A model generated the notes under the pieces. The model had not been told where the DNA came from. It made no database searches and saw nothing but the letters and a program-made list of their open reading frames with translations. Position numbers and translations under genes: made by a program. A stretch of DNA of 64,000 nt from Candidatus Poribacteria bacterium (GTDB taxonomy: Bacteria > Poribacteria > WGA-4E > WGA-3G). The DNA lies in contig CAXXUA010000005.1 in assembly GCA_963663765.2 (NCBI GenBank), forward strand, positions 1,568,001 through 1,632,000, written 5' to 3'. Below, in pieces: positions 20,843-31,484 of the stretch; the first letter of the stretch is position 1; each line of letters starts with the position of its first letter.

Positions 20843-23497
20843 ATGACAAGTCTACCGAAGATTTACGATCCTCAGGAGTTTGAGGACAAATGGTACCAAT
20901 TTTGGCAAAGTAATGGTTTTTTTCATGCCGAATCCACTTCTGACAAACCCGCCTATGCGATAGTTATTCCCCCACCAAACATAACTGGTAGTCTGCATAT
21001 TGGACATGCACTTGATAACACACTCCAAGATTGTCTGATTAGATGGCGGCGCATGCAAGGTTACAATACACTTTGGATGCCGGGAACAGACCATGCGGGT
21101 ATTGTTACTGAACTTATAATGGAAAAAAAACTTGCTGAAGAAGGTACCAGCCGAAACGAACTTGGCAGAGAGAAGTTCATTGAACGTATGTGGCAATGGA
21201 AAAAGGAATCCGCCGGATATATTGTCTCGCAGCTACAACAACTGGGTTGTTCTTGTGATTGGGAACGGGAAAGGTTTACACTTGATGATGGGTTATCACA
21301 AGCTGTCCGAACTGCTTTTGTAAAACTCTATAACCAAGGACTGATATATCGTGATACGTATATGGTAAACTGGTGTCCTGAATGTAATACCGCAGTCAGC
21401 AACCTTGAGGTAGAACCGGTTGAAATTGATGGGAATTTCTATCATATTCAATATCCTGTGATGGATAGTAAAGTTGTACTTGAAATTGCTACGACACGGC
21501 CAGAAACAATGTTAGGAGATACCGCAGTTGCTGTGCATCCTGATGATGACAGATACCAGAATTTGGTTGGAAAAAAGGTGCTTCTTCCACTTGTAAATAG
21601 AGAAATACCAATCATAGCAGATGCTTATGTTGATACCGAATTTGGAACAGGTGCATTAAAAGTCACCCCTGCTCATGATGTCAATGACTATGAAATCGGT
21701 CTAAGGCACGACCTTGAACAACGAAACATCTTTACACCAGATGGACACATGAACGAAGATGCGGGAGAAGGCTATGTTGGCTTGTCGAGATGGAACTGCA
21801 GAAAAAGCGTCGTTGAAGATCTGGAGAAGAAGGGATATCTTGTCAAAATTGTTCCTCACAGACACGCAGTTGGACATCACGATAGATGCAATGCAATCGT
21901 TGAACCTGCCATATCACTACAATGGTTTATGAATGTGCGTCCTCTTGCACAACGTGCTATAGAAGCAACAAAAAAAGGCGAAATCAAATTCATACCTGAA
22001 CGTGAAACATCACGCTTTTTTCACTGGATGGAGAATATTGAACCGTGGCCCATTTCACGACAAAGATGGTGGGGACACAGATTACCTATATGGTATTGTG
22101 ATGCATGTGAAAAAATCATTGCAGCAATGGATACACCGCAGCAGTGCGAGTGTGGGTCAACAACCTTTCAGCAAGATGAAGATGTATTGGATACCTGGTT
22201 TAGTTCCGGCTTGTGGCCCTTTTCAACTATGGGATGGCCACAAGAAACTGATGAGTTGAAAACCTTTTATCCCACATCCGTGCTTGTCACTGGTTGGGAT
22301 ATACTGTTCTTCTGGGTGGCAAGGATGATTATGTTAGGTCTGGGATGTATGGACGAAGTGCCATTCCGTACAGTGTACTTGCACGGGCTTGTTGCTGACG
22401 AAAAAGGTCAGAAGATGAGCAAATCAAAAGGAAACAGTATTGATCCGTTGCAGACAATTGAAACCTACGGTACGGATGCATTCCGATTTGCGCTTGCAAA
22501 TGTAAGTACACCAATACCTTACGTGCCACTTCCAGAATCCCAGATAGAAGCGGGAAAAAGGTTTGCTAACAAAATCTGGAACTCAGCAAGGTTTATTCTG
22601 ATGAATTTGGAAAAATATCCAGTTCCAACAGAGAAACAAAACCATAGGAAAGATGACCCATTAGAGGTTCAATGGATACAGAGCCGCCTTAGCAAAACGA
22701 TAGAGGCTACGACAGATGCACTTGAAAACTTCCGTTTTTACGAAGTTGCGCAGACACTCTACGCATTTCTGTGGCATGAATTCTGTGATTGGTATCTGGA
22801 ATTTGCTAAACAACAGCTTACAAAAAACAATCCAGAAGCATTATGGTATGCTGCTAATGTCTTGGAACAAGTAATGCGCCTCTTGCACCCGATCATGCCA
22901 TTTTTAACTGAGGAAATTTGGCAACTACTTCCGCACACTAAAATTTCTACGTCTTCTAATGAACCTACTTCAGTTGCTATAGCACCCTGGCCAGAACCAA
23001 CTACAGAGAACCCGACAGCCGAAGTTATCATGACAACAATCATGGAAGTTATTGATAATATTAGAAGTATTCGTGGTGAGTTGAATGTGCCAATTGGGGC
23101 AGCAGTGGAGATACATATCCAATCACCAAATGCTGAAGTACGTACTAGACTTGAAACCTATCTTGACCAATACCTACCGGCTTTCACAAAAGTAGAGTCA
23201 ATCACTATTGCCGAGACATTGGAGAAACCGTCTAACTCTGCTGAAGCTGTGATAGGTGAACTGACTATCTATATTCCATTGATTGGGATCATTGATCTTG
23301 AAGCGGAACATGCCCGACTAACAAAACGTCATCAGCAAACAAGTAAAGACGTACTTGCTGCTCAGAAAACTTTAGACAATCCGAACTTTATAGAACGTGC
23401 TCCGAAAAATGTGATTACACAAAAACGTGAATTACTTGAAAGGTTATTGCTCGAACAAAAGAAATTAGCACGTAGTCTTGCAATGCTTTCTAAGTGA
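20843..23497 (+). CDS. valS: Valine--tRNA ligase
   Basis: PPPNITGSLHIGH, DTWFSS, KMSKS, C-terminal coiled coil. Confidence 0.97.
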   Translation: MTSLPKIYDPQEFEDKWYQFWQSNGFFHAESTSDKPAYAIVIPPPNITGSLHIGHALDNTLQDCLIRWRRMQGYNTLWMPGTDHAGIVTELIMEKKLAEEGTSRNELGREKFIERMWQWKKESAGYIVSQLQQLGCSCDWERERFTLDDGLSQAVRTAFVKLYNQGLIYRDTYMVNWCPECNTAVSNLEVEPVEIDGNFYHIQYPVMDSKVVLEIATTRPETMLGDTAVAVHPDDDRYQNLVGKKVLLPLVNREIPIIADAYVDTEFGTGALKVTPAHDVNDYEIGLRHDLEQRNIFTPDGHMNEDAGEGYVGLSRWNCRKSVVEDLEKKGYLVKIVPHRHAVGHHDRCNAIVEPAISLQWFMNVRPLAQRAIEATKKGEIKFIPERETSRFFHWMENIEPWPISRQRWWGHRLPIWYCDACEKIIAAMDTPQQCECGSTTFQQDEDVLDTWFSSGLWPFSTMGWPQETDELKTFYPTSVLVTGWDILFFWVARMIMLGLGCMDEVPFRTVYLHGLVADEKGQKMSKSKGNSIDPLQTIETYGTDAFRFALANVSTPIPYVPLPESQIEAGKRFANKIWNSARFILMNLEKYPVPTEKQNHRKDDPLEVQWIQSRLSKTIEATTDALENFRFYEVAQTLYAFLWHEFCDWYLEFAKQQLTKNNPEALWYAANVLEQVMRLLHPIMPFLTEEIWQLLPHTKISTSSNEPTSVAIAPWPEPTTENPTAEVIMTTIMEVIDNIRSIRGELNVPIGAAVEIHIQSPNAEVRTRLETYLDQYLPAFTKVESITIAETLEKPSNSAEAVIGELTIYIPLIGIIDLEAEHARLTKRHQQTSKDVLAAQKTLDNPNFIERAPKNVITQKRELLERLLLEQKKLARSLAMLSK

Positions 23498-23538
23498 AAA
23501 TCTACTTATAAATACCTACGCAACATAGTAATGAAAAT

Positions 23539-23970
23539 ATGGGAATTGAAAATAACAATCGCTGTTTTGTTTGCGGCAAGAAAAATCCGTATGGGTTGCA
23601 AGTGAACCCGGAAATCAGGAACGCTGGAGCCGAAGTTCACATAGAATGCACCCCTCCCGAACACATGCAAGGTTGGGCAAACATTCTACACGGTGGTATC
23701 ATAAGTACACTCTTAGATGAGGCTATCACCCACATTGGAATAGGCACTTATGACGGCCCTGCTGTTACAGCACAACTTGAAGTGCGTTTTCGTAAACCAG
23801 CACCAACAGGTGTGAAGCTCTTTGTTTTTGCAGAGCGTACAAAAGTTTCACGACGTTTAATTGAGGCAAAGGCAGAGGTAAAACTTGACGATCAAACACT
23901 TATCGCTACTGGTACAGGCAAAGTTGTACCTGTTGATGAGAGTTTCGCACCGACACCTTCAACGCAATAG
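23539..23970 (+). CDS. PaaI-family thioesterase
   Basis: CFVCGKKNPYGL, HGGIISTLLDE. Confidence 0.88.
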   Translation: MGIENNNRCFVCGKKNPYGLQVNPEIRNAGAEVHIECTPPEHMQGWANILHGGIISTLLDEAITHIGIGTYDGPAVTAQLEVRFRKPAPTGVKLFVFAERTKVSRRLIEAKAEVKLDDQTLIATGTGKVVPVDESFAPTPSTQ

Positions 23971-24001
23971 ACGTAAATGCTGAAAGGTTTGCAGCATATT
24001 T

Positions 24002-25684
24002 ATGAATACAGAAACAGATTTTTCGCCAATGAATTCAGAAGCGGGTATAGATTGGTCTACAGATGTCTTAATAATTGGTAGTGGTGCTGCAGGATTAAGG
24101 GCTGCACTTGCTGCAAGTGAAAGTGCTGATGTCACATTAATCACAAAAACAACCCTTAAAGAGAGTAATACGCTCTACGCGCAAGGTGGTATAGCCGTTG
24201 CTATGAACGTTGATGACACTGTTGACCTGCATGTCAAGGATACATGCAGTGCTGGGTGTGGTTTATGCGATACTCGTGTCGTAGAAACAATGGTTGAAGA
24301 AGGTATCCCCAGGGTAAATGAATTGTTGGAATGGGGTGCTGACTTTGATTGGGAAGGAACACTTCCCCGTTTTACACAAGAAGCCGCACACAGTCGCAGA
24401 AGAATCGTCCATAAAGGGGATGCCACTGGTCGTGAAACAACGGATGTTCTTGTTCAACGAGTATTAAATACAGAACGTATACATGTCTTATCAGATGCCT
24501 TTGCTGTTGATCTTATTACAGATGCAGAGTTTTCTACTGATAATATTGGTACAGCATGTCATGGCGTATCTGCTATCGTAGGAGGTCAACTAAAACATCT
24601 TTATGCCAAAGCAACAATTCTTGCGACAGGTGGACTTGGTCGTCTCTATCCGTGTACATCTAACCCTGAGGTTGCCACTGGAGATGGTTTTGCTGCAGCT
24701 TGGCGGGCAGGTTGTCAGATGATAGATATGGAGTTCGTCCAGTTCCACCCGACAACACTTTTCCTCGATGGTGCTCCAAGTTTTCTCATCTCAGAAGCAG
24801 TCCGAGGCGAAGGTGGACGATTGATCAACATTCGTGGTGAACGTTTCATGGATAAATACCATGAGAAAGGTGAACTTGCACCGCGCGATGTCGTCAGCAG
24901 AGCCATCCAAAATGAAATGTTTCTGACAGACTTCCCTTGTGTATATCTTGATATAACACACAAACCCGCAGATTTCATTAAAGAACGCTTCCCTACAATA
25001 TCTGCTACAACAAAACGCTATGGACTTGATATCAATATAGACTTAATTCCTGTGAGGCCGGGAGCACACTTTATGATGGGAGGAATTCGCACCGACGTTG
25101 AAACGGAAACGAATTTGCACGGACTTTATGCATGTGGTGAGGTAGCTTGCACTGGAGTACACGGTGCCAACCGTTTGGCAAGTAACTCACTGTTAGAATG
25201 TCTTGTTTTTGGCGTTCGTGCCGGAAGAAATGCAGCATCTTATGCAGTATCGCTAACATGTGAATCACCAACAAGAATCCAAATTGAGAAAAGTGACATT
25301 AATGAAGACCCAATCGTGTTAGAGGATGAAGTAATACTTGAACTGAAGGATGCTATTCGGGAGACGCTCTGGGAGAACGTCGCGATTGAACGCGATCAAG
25401 AGGGATTAGAACTCACGCTATCCGATCTTGAAGAAATAGGTGCAGAACTCAATCTACATCCAAGTTCATCAATGCCTATACAGACAACGGATGTCGGTTT
25501 TTGTGAAACTATCAATATGTTGAATGTTGCATGGATGATTACGAAGGCAGCACTGACCAGAGATGAAAGCCGTGGGGCACACTACCGTGCAGATTTTCCT
25601 GATCAGGACGAATCTGGTTGGCAGAGACGTACTGTGATGGCACAAAACAAAGAACCTGAATTTGTCAAACTAAAGTCTAATTAG
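24002..25684 (+). CDS. nadB: L-aspartate oxidase
   Basis: YAQGGIA, EAAHSRRRIVH, QFHPT, HGANRLASNSLLE, ESRGAHYR. Confidence 0.95.
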   Translation: MNTETDFSPMNSEAGIDWSTDVLIIGSGAAGLRAALAASESADVTLITKTTLKESNTLYAQGGIAVAMNVDDTVDLHVKDTCSAGCGLCDTRVVETMVEEGIPRVNELLEWGADFDWEGTLPRFTQEAAHSRRRIVHKGDATGRETTDVLVQRVLNTERIHVLSDAFAVDLITDAEFSTDNIGTACHGVSAIVGGQLKHLYAKATILATGGLGRLYPCTSNPEVATGDGFAAAWRAGCQMIDMEFVQFHPTTLFLDGAPSFLISEAVRGEGGRLINIRGERFMDKYHEKGELAPRDVVSRAIQNEMFLTDFPCVYLDITHKPADFIKERFPTISATTKRYGLDINIDLIPVRPGAHFMMGGIRTDVETETNLHGLYACGEVACTGVHGANRLASNSLLECLVFGVRAGRNAASYAVSLTCESPTRIQIEKSDINEDPIVLEDEVILELKDAIRETLWENVAIERDQEGLELTLSDLEEIGAELNLHPSSSMPIQTTDVGFCETINMLNVAWMITKAALTRDESRGAHYRADFPDQDESGWQRRTVMAQNKEPEFVKLKSN

Positions 25685-25685
25685 C

Positions 25686-26050
25686 CAGGGTTATTTAGTT
25701 TTAAGAATTATCAGTTAATGGGTGTTACTTAAAGTTTATATCGTAGGTCGGGTAGAGCGTATGCGAAACCCATAGGTATCAACTTAAGAAAAAAATGTTG
25801 GCATATTCGCTTGTGGGAGGGGTTTGTAACCCCGATTTGAGTGGAAATGAACATAAAATCGGGGTTGCAAACCCCTCCCACAAGAGGTCAGAATCCTTAA
25901 GTTGACACCTATGGGTAGAGCGTATGCGAAACCCTACATGTATTGATTTTGTCTATCATGTCGGGTTTCGCTCACGCTCTACCCGACCTACGATATTAAA
26001 TCACGAATGTTATAAATATCTGCCAAAATATCTAAAACTGAATAACCCTG
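25686..26050. mobile_element. Three-layer nested element: CAGGG MITE > REP pair > ATAGG MITE (25772-25912)
   Basis: 9-bp TSD CTAATTAGC (25677-25685, 26051-26059); inner MITE flanked by 22-bp direct repeat GGGTAGAGCGTATGCGAAACCC. Confidence 0.85.
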
Positions 26051-26150
26051 CTAATTAGCAATCAAACTTGTCATATTCATACCCCGCAGAAGCGAAATCC
26101 GAATCGCGAACCGATATAGTCAGCAATCGGATTACCCTCCTACAAGATAT

Positions 26151-28409
26151 TTATTTGTCAGATGGAAGTTGTCCTATGATAGGATTTTCTAAAGGATTCT
26201 TTGAATCACCGAACGCAGAATTCACTGCTGGTGCTTCTGGCTGACCATAGATTTCCACATAATTGTCAAAACTATTGATGACCTTTTTGATGTGGAGTCG
26301 GGTTTCTCGGATTGTAATTTTTTCAACAAACTCATCAATATCCTTAATCTTCTTAGATTCTAACCACCGTTTCATTCTACCCGGTCCACCATTGTATGCA
26401 CCAGAAACTAACATTGCGTTACCGTCAAACATTGAATTGAGTTCACCGATATATTTTGTCCCCATCCGTATGTTTACTTCAGGAATCTTTAGCATAGATG
26501 AGTGGAATCTACGTATCTTGAGTTGGCGTGCAAGTTCTCTACCGGTTGACGGCATGATTTGCATTAGACCTATTGCACCAGCCCAACTAATTGCATCTCT
26601 TCGGTAACGACTTTCTTCTAAGATCATTGCATAAACTAAGGAAGCATCCACATCATACTGTTTAGAGTATTTCTCCACTAACTTTTCATAATGTAGAGGA
26701 TAAAGTTGTCTGCGGAGTTGTGCCAATTCGTTACTTGCCTGATTATCAAAAGTTGTGCTAACAAGTGCTTTTTCTGCTATTTCACGTGCCATGTCATATC
26801 TTGACAAACGTTCATAACAGGTTATCAAAGCGTAGTAACATTCCCTCGCCGCATCTGGTGTTTTGTCAATGTAACGAGACATCAGATAAATTGCGTCCTC
26901 ATAAAGTCTGAGTTTCATCATTGTCGGCAGTTGTTCAGGGCATCTTTCATTGAGAGGTAATTCTGAATCCGGTATGGCTTTGGGTTCCAATTCAGATGTT
27001 GTGACATTAAGGATTGCTTTTGCTCTGGCACTATAATACCAGTAACGTGCTTTTGCCACCTCTGCATATATTTTTCTTGCGAGTTCAGGTTTATTCTGTC
27101 GTTCGCGTATTTTTGCCATCCAGAAATGTGCGCCCATAGCATAACGATTGCCTGGAAAGTTTTCCTTTAGTCCTTCAAAAGCTTTATAACTTTCTTCATA
27201 TCGTTTTTCATCAAACCGCAACCAACCGATTTTCCATGCTGCCCAATCCGCATACTCACTACCAGGAGCAACGTCAATTAGTCTTGAATATGCGTCAAGT
27301 ACTAACTCAACTTTACCACGTTGGTCTTGGATCTGTGCAATGTCATAAAGTGCATTATCTACAAATTCACTCCATGGATATTTCTTGACAAAACTTTCAA
27401 GACGATTGACAGCGGTAGTTACACTTCCTTTATTTCGATATATTTGTGCGATTTGGTAGTGTGCGCGAGTTAGGAAGTCAGATTTTTTTCCAAGCGTGAT
27501 GACTGCATTGTAATTCTTCATAGCCGTATTATACCACCTTCTTGCTTGATTGCTCTGTCCCAGATGGTAAAACGCGCGACCTTTGAGTCTTGGATCTGAA
27601 CTTCTCGTTAGTGGCGTGAATTCATTTACTGCAGAATTCCATTTGTTTTGATGATAAAGAACTAACCCACAATTTAACTTATCTTCCACAGTGAGTTTTA
27701 GTGAACTGTGGTCACGAGCAAGCATTTTTAATTTGCCAAGTGCATTGTCAGCTATTTTATCCGACTGTTTTTGTCTAATGAGTTTCTGATGTATTTTAAA
27801 GGCTTCTAAGTAATTTGCCAATCCTTCTTCACAACGTCCTAATGCATAAATAGCCTCACGAGCATGCATGGGGTGGTCAATTATGCCAACTAAGTGTTCT
27901 TTTGCTTTTGCATAATGTCTATGTTTTAGGAGGAGTTCTGCTAAACTCCATTTGACATCACCGATATACACACTATTTTCATAATTTCTGACGAGATGTG
28001 TATACCATTGTATCGCCTTGGTATCATTGTTCATATCCTCATACAACTTAGCGAGACGATAGTTTGCGCTGTCTGCAAGTATATAATCCTTCGTAATTGC
28101 TTGAACATAATGCCCCACTGCTTTTGGTCGATTCCGAGATTTTTCATAAGCATAACCGAGTGCATGATGTATTTCTAAACTTTCTAATTTCGTCAATTTT
28201 GTCTTCAGAATATTCTCTAATTTTGGAATAGCTTTTTTGTAATCGCCATTATCTATTACTGCAAAAGCATCCTTCCAAGCAGGTTTGATGTCATCATCTG
28301 CGTTAAGAATCGTTCCGCTTAGCAATATCATACAGAAAAGCAAGAACGCACCGATTACAAACCTTATTTCATAAGTATTTTGTGTCTTTTTAGAAAACCC
28401 CATTTTCAC
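26151..28409 (-). CDS. Soluble lytic transglycosylase with TPR repeats (Slt70-like)
   Basis: EESRY, GAIGLMQIMP, AYNGGPG, ETRLHIKKV; N-terminal TPRs and signal peptide. Confidence 0.9.
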   Translation of the reverse strand: MKMGFSKKTQNTYEIRFVIGAFLLFCMILLSGTILNADDDIKPAWKDAFAVIDNGDYKKAIPKLENILKTKLTKLESLEIHHALGYAYEKSRNRPKAVGHYVQAITKDYILADSANYRLAKLYEDMNNDTKAIQWYTHLVRNYENSVYIGDVKWSLAELLLKHRHYAKAKEHLVGIIDHPMHAREAIYALGRCEEGLANYLEAFKIHQKLIRQKQSDKIADNALGKLKMLARDHSSLKLTVEDKLNCGLVLYHQNKWNSAVNEFTPLTRSSDPRLKGRAFYHLGQSNQARRWYNTAMKNYNAVITLGKKSDFLTRAHYQIAQIYRNKGSVTTAVNRLESFVKKYPWSEFVDNALYDIAQIQDQRGKVELVLDAYSRLIDVAPGSEYADWAAWKIGWLRFDEKRYEESYKAFEGLKENFPGNRYAMGAHFWMAKIRERQNKPELARKIYAEVAKARYWYYSARAKAILNVTTSELEPKAIPDSELPLNERCPEQLPTMMKLRLYEDAIYLMSRYIDKTPDAARECYYALITCYERLSRYDMAREIAEKALVSTTFDNQASNELAQLRRQLYPLHYEKLVEKYSKQYDVDASLVYAMILEESRYRRDAISWAGAIGLMQIMPSTGRELARQLKIRRFHSSMLKIPEVNIRMGTKYIGELNSMFDGNAMLVSGAYNGGPGRMKRWLESKKIKDIDEFVEKITIRETRLHIKKVINSFDNYVEIYGQPEAPAVNSAFGDSKNPLENPIIGQLPSDK

Positions 28410-28749
28410 TTTTAAGCGTGATTGTAACTACACGCTTTTCCTCCTCATACAAAGACTATGAACGACATATTAATGTAAAAAGCCAAATTATTTGTGTGGT
28501 GTGAAAGAACACTCCACACCAAATTATATATTTTAACGTAACTTATTAGCAAAAAGCAACAAAAATGTGAGAATTGTTAATTTCAAATGGAAATGATAAT
28601 TGTACTCTATTCCATCAATTCAAATAAATATTGTTTCATAATGGAATTCGATTATTATTGTTTTTTGCGCTACTTTCTTCTTTTGGAATGATCTCCGAAT
28701 CACGATTAAACACAAGAATAGTTGGAAATCGGAGTCCCCTGTTACAATG

Positions 28750-29111
28750 ATGAAGATTAACATATTAATTCGGTAATAAATATTTCTCACTCGGTAGGCG
28801 GGGATGCCTAAAGAAGCATGCGCGTATGGCATGCTCCATGATTCATACTGTTGATTTGGCGCTTTGTAAACGCGCTGTTGGGACTTGATGTGCCAGCGCG
28901 CTTATATGAAGATTAAGTTATACCATTTCAAATAAATCTTGTCTCATTAAGGAATTCTACTGTTTACTGGCAGGGGGTTACTCTCTTCGGTAGGAGCGAC
29001 CTCCCGGTCGCGACCGGGAGGTCGCTCCTACCAGATTTCCGCTGCTAATGAGACATTATCACATGAAAATGGTATTAGATTGAATTATCTAACTTATTTA
29101 TTTATCTTCAT
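28750..29111. mobile_element. ATGAAGATTA-ended shell containing a TACCA..TGGTA MITE (28921-29074, TTA TSD) with a 44-bp perfect palindrome
   Basis: TTA flanks at 28918-28920 and 29075-29077; palindrome 28989-29032. Confidence 0.7.
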
Positions 29112-29210
29112 CATTGTAGACAATTCTTCTTGATTATACATCATATTTATAGAGAATGCTCGACAGTTGAATGACTCTGTATGTAGAAAAGTGTTAGCTT
29201 TTCACGCAAA

Positions 29211-31472
29211 TCATTTAGAAGGTACATCCCAGAGCAGAATAGTTCCGGTATTGTACCCTTGAATGTCACCACCTCCAATACTTGCAAGAGTTTTTCCATC
29301 AGGAGTGAATTCTAAACCGCTAATAAAAACTCCGTGTCCATTATATGTGGTAAGGAGTTGTCCAGTCGTTAAATCCCAAAGAGATATTTTCCCAGACGCA
29401 TCTCCACATGCGAGAAGTTTCCCATTTGGAGAAAATGCCAACCTACTCACTGTGGATTCATGCTTGAGGATGATATGCGGACGAACTTTCGGAATATCCC
29501 ACAGATACACTGCATTATCTTGTCCCGCAGCTGCGAGAGTTTTTCCATCGTGAGAAAACGTTAATGCATAAATACGGAATCTTTGTAATCTAAATGTTTC
29601 TAATAAAACGTTTTTAAGACCCCCTTCTATTTTGAGTTTTACCTGTTTTCCAGTTTGAGTATCCCACAGATTTATTGCATCTTCTAATCCAACAGCAAGA
29701 TTATTTCCATCAGCTGACAAAGCCGATACAGCAACACGTGTCCCAACTTTTGAAAACGTATTCATAAGTTTTTTGTTTTGAACATCCCACATCTCAATTC
29801 CCGGATTTGTTTCGATCGCCAACTTTTCACCATTTGGAGTCATCACGGATTTATTATGAAGGGTGATAACTGCTCCATCGCCAAATGAAGTGTAGGAATG
29901 ATCACGGAATACATCTTTGACAATAAATACATCTACCTGTTCTCCAGTAGCAAAATCCCATACTCTAATTTCACTCTCACTGTTACTCATTCTGCATTCC
30001 CCGATAAGATTGGCATTATCTTTGGTTATAGCTAAGCTGCTGATACTATCTGTTTCTATTGATTTCCACTTTTTGTGGTTGTTCGCATCCCATATTTGAA
30101 TCTTACCGCTGATATCTCCGCTTACAAAATACTTACCATCGTGCGAAACTACCACTGTCGTGAACGGATTGTTATAACCTTTAATAAGGGCGCGCAACTG
30201 CATAGTGTTTTGTGTACCCCGCAGAGCAACAACCCCGTTTCTATCAGTTGTGACAAGGATTGCACCGTCATGAGATAATAGAAGACGTTCTGGAGAATAC
30301 TCTACCCATTCTATGACTTGAGTATGTTTTGCAATTTCCTGTTGTGTGGAAATGTTCCATATTTTATAGCCATCATTGTCTATAATTATAAGTGTTTTTC
30401 CATCTCCAGAAAACTTTATTTTCCCTTCTTTTGGATACTCAGCGATTTTGCGTCGAGATGGGACATCCCAGAGTGCATAACCTTTGTCGTCAAGAATAGC
30501 CAAGGTCTTACCATCACCTGAAAATGTCACCTCTATTCCCCATTGAAGCACAGCAAGTTGTTTCCCCGTGCTAACATCCCATATTTCTGTTGGACCTCCC
30601 TGACCTTCTGAACCACTCCTAAGTGCGCGTCTATAGTTTGCTGTACTCACAAGGGTTTTGCCATCGGGGGCAAAATTTAGAGAGTTCACCCATTTCATAT
30701 AAGATCCTCCATCCTTTACATCCGGATCGTGAAAATATGGACGTGACGATTTAATAGGTAAAGATTCACTATCATACGTTTGAGATATAAGTTTCCTTAT
30801 TTCATCATTATTCTTGACGTTTCGGATGCTGATGGAACCATCCTTGTTACCAGCACCAATAATATAATCACCCGTTTCATCAACATAGACATCAGCTGCA
30901 CGTTGCCATGTTCTATATGTTTTAGAATCGAGTTTGGGTAAATTAGGGTTGAAGGTGGTTATCTGTTCTCCGTTAGAAACATTCCATAGCCAAATGACAC
31001 CAGACCAATTCTGGCTTATGAGAACTTTATTATCAGGTGAGAATTTCAAAGATGTGAAAGGTCCATCGGGTGTATCTATTTTCAACCTAAGTTCACCCGT
31101 ATCAATATTCCAAAAGTGTATCGTCTTATCATAACGGTTAATTGCAAGTATCCTGCTATCAGGAGAAAATGCTATCTGAGAAGCATACTGCGGATCAAAT
31201 TTTATCAGTGGGGTGTTTTGTGTGTTTGTACTTACATCATATAACCATACACCCGCATAACTGGAAATAGCCAACCGTTTATTATCTGGCGACAGTTGCA
31301 CATCAATGATTGTCCCTTTTCCAATGCGCGCTTTAGCACCATCAGGTAAATGCATTTGCTTATAATCTTGTGCGGATAGGTTTGGTAAATTAAATATAAA
31401 CAGAACCAACAAGATCAATATATTGAAAAAGTAATTTATCTTCATTGCATAAATTCCTCTAATGTTGAACAA
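29211..31472 (-). CDS. Secreted WD40-repeat protein
   Basis: Signal peptide, LPDGAKARIGKG cap, many FSPDG..LWD repeats. Confidence 0.9.
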   Translation of the reverse strand: MFNIRGIYAMKINYFFNILILLVLFIFNLPNLSAQDYKQMHLPDGAKARIGKGTIIDVQLSPDNKRLAISSYAGVWLYDVSTNTQNTPLIKFDPQYASQIAFSPDSRILAINRYDKTIHFWNIDTGELRLKIDTPDGPFTSLKFSPDNKVLISQNWSGVIWLWNVSNGEQITTFNPNLPKLDSKTYRTWQRAADVYVDETGDYIIGAGNKDGSISIRNVKNNDEIRKLISQTYDSESLPIKSSRPYFHDPDVKDGGSYMKWVNSLNFAPDGKTLVSTANYRRALRSGSEGQGGPTEIWDVSTGKQLAVLQWGIEVTFSGDGKTLAILDDKGYALWDVPSRRKIAEYPKEGKIKFSGDGKTLIIIDNDGYKIWNISTQQEIAKHTQVIEWVEYSPERLLLSHDGAILVTTDRNGVVALRGTQNTMQLRALIKGYNNPFTTVVVSHDGKYFVSGDISGKIQIWDANNHKKWKSIETDSISSLAITKDNANLIGECRMSNSESEIRVWDFATGEQVDVFIVKDVFRDHSYTSFGDGAVITLHNKSVMTPNGEKLAIETNPGIEMWDVQNKKLMNTFSKVGTRVAVSALSADGNNLAVGLEDAINLWDTQTGKQVKLKIEGGLKNVLLETFRLQRFRIYALTFSHDGKTLAAAGQDNAVYLWDIPKVRPHIILKHESTVSRLAFSPNGKLLACGDASGKISLWDLTTGQLLTTYNGHGVFISGLEFTPDGKTLASIGGGDIQGYNTGTILLWDVPSK

Positions 31473-31484
31473 AAAATGTAATCA

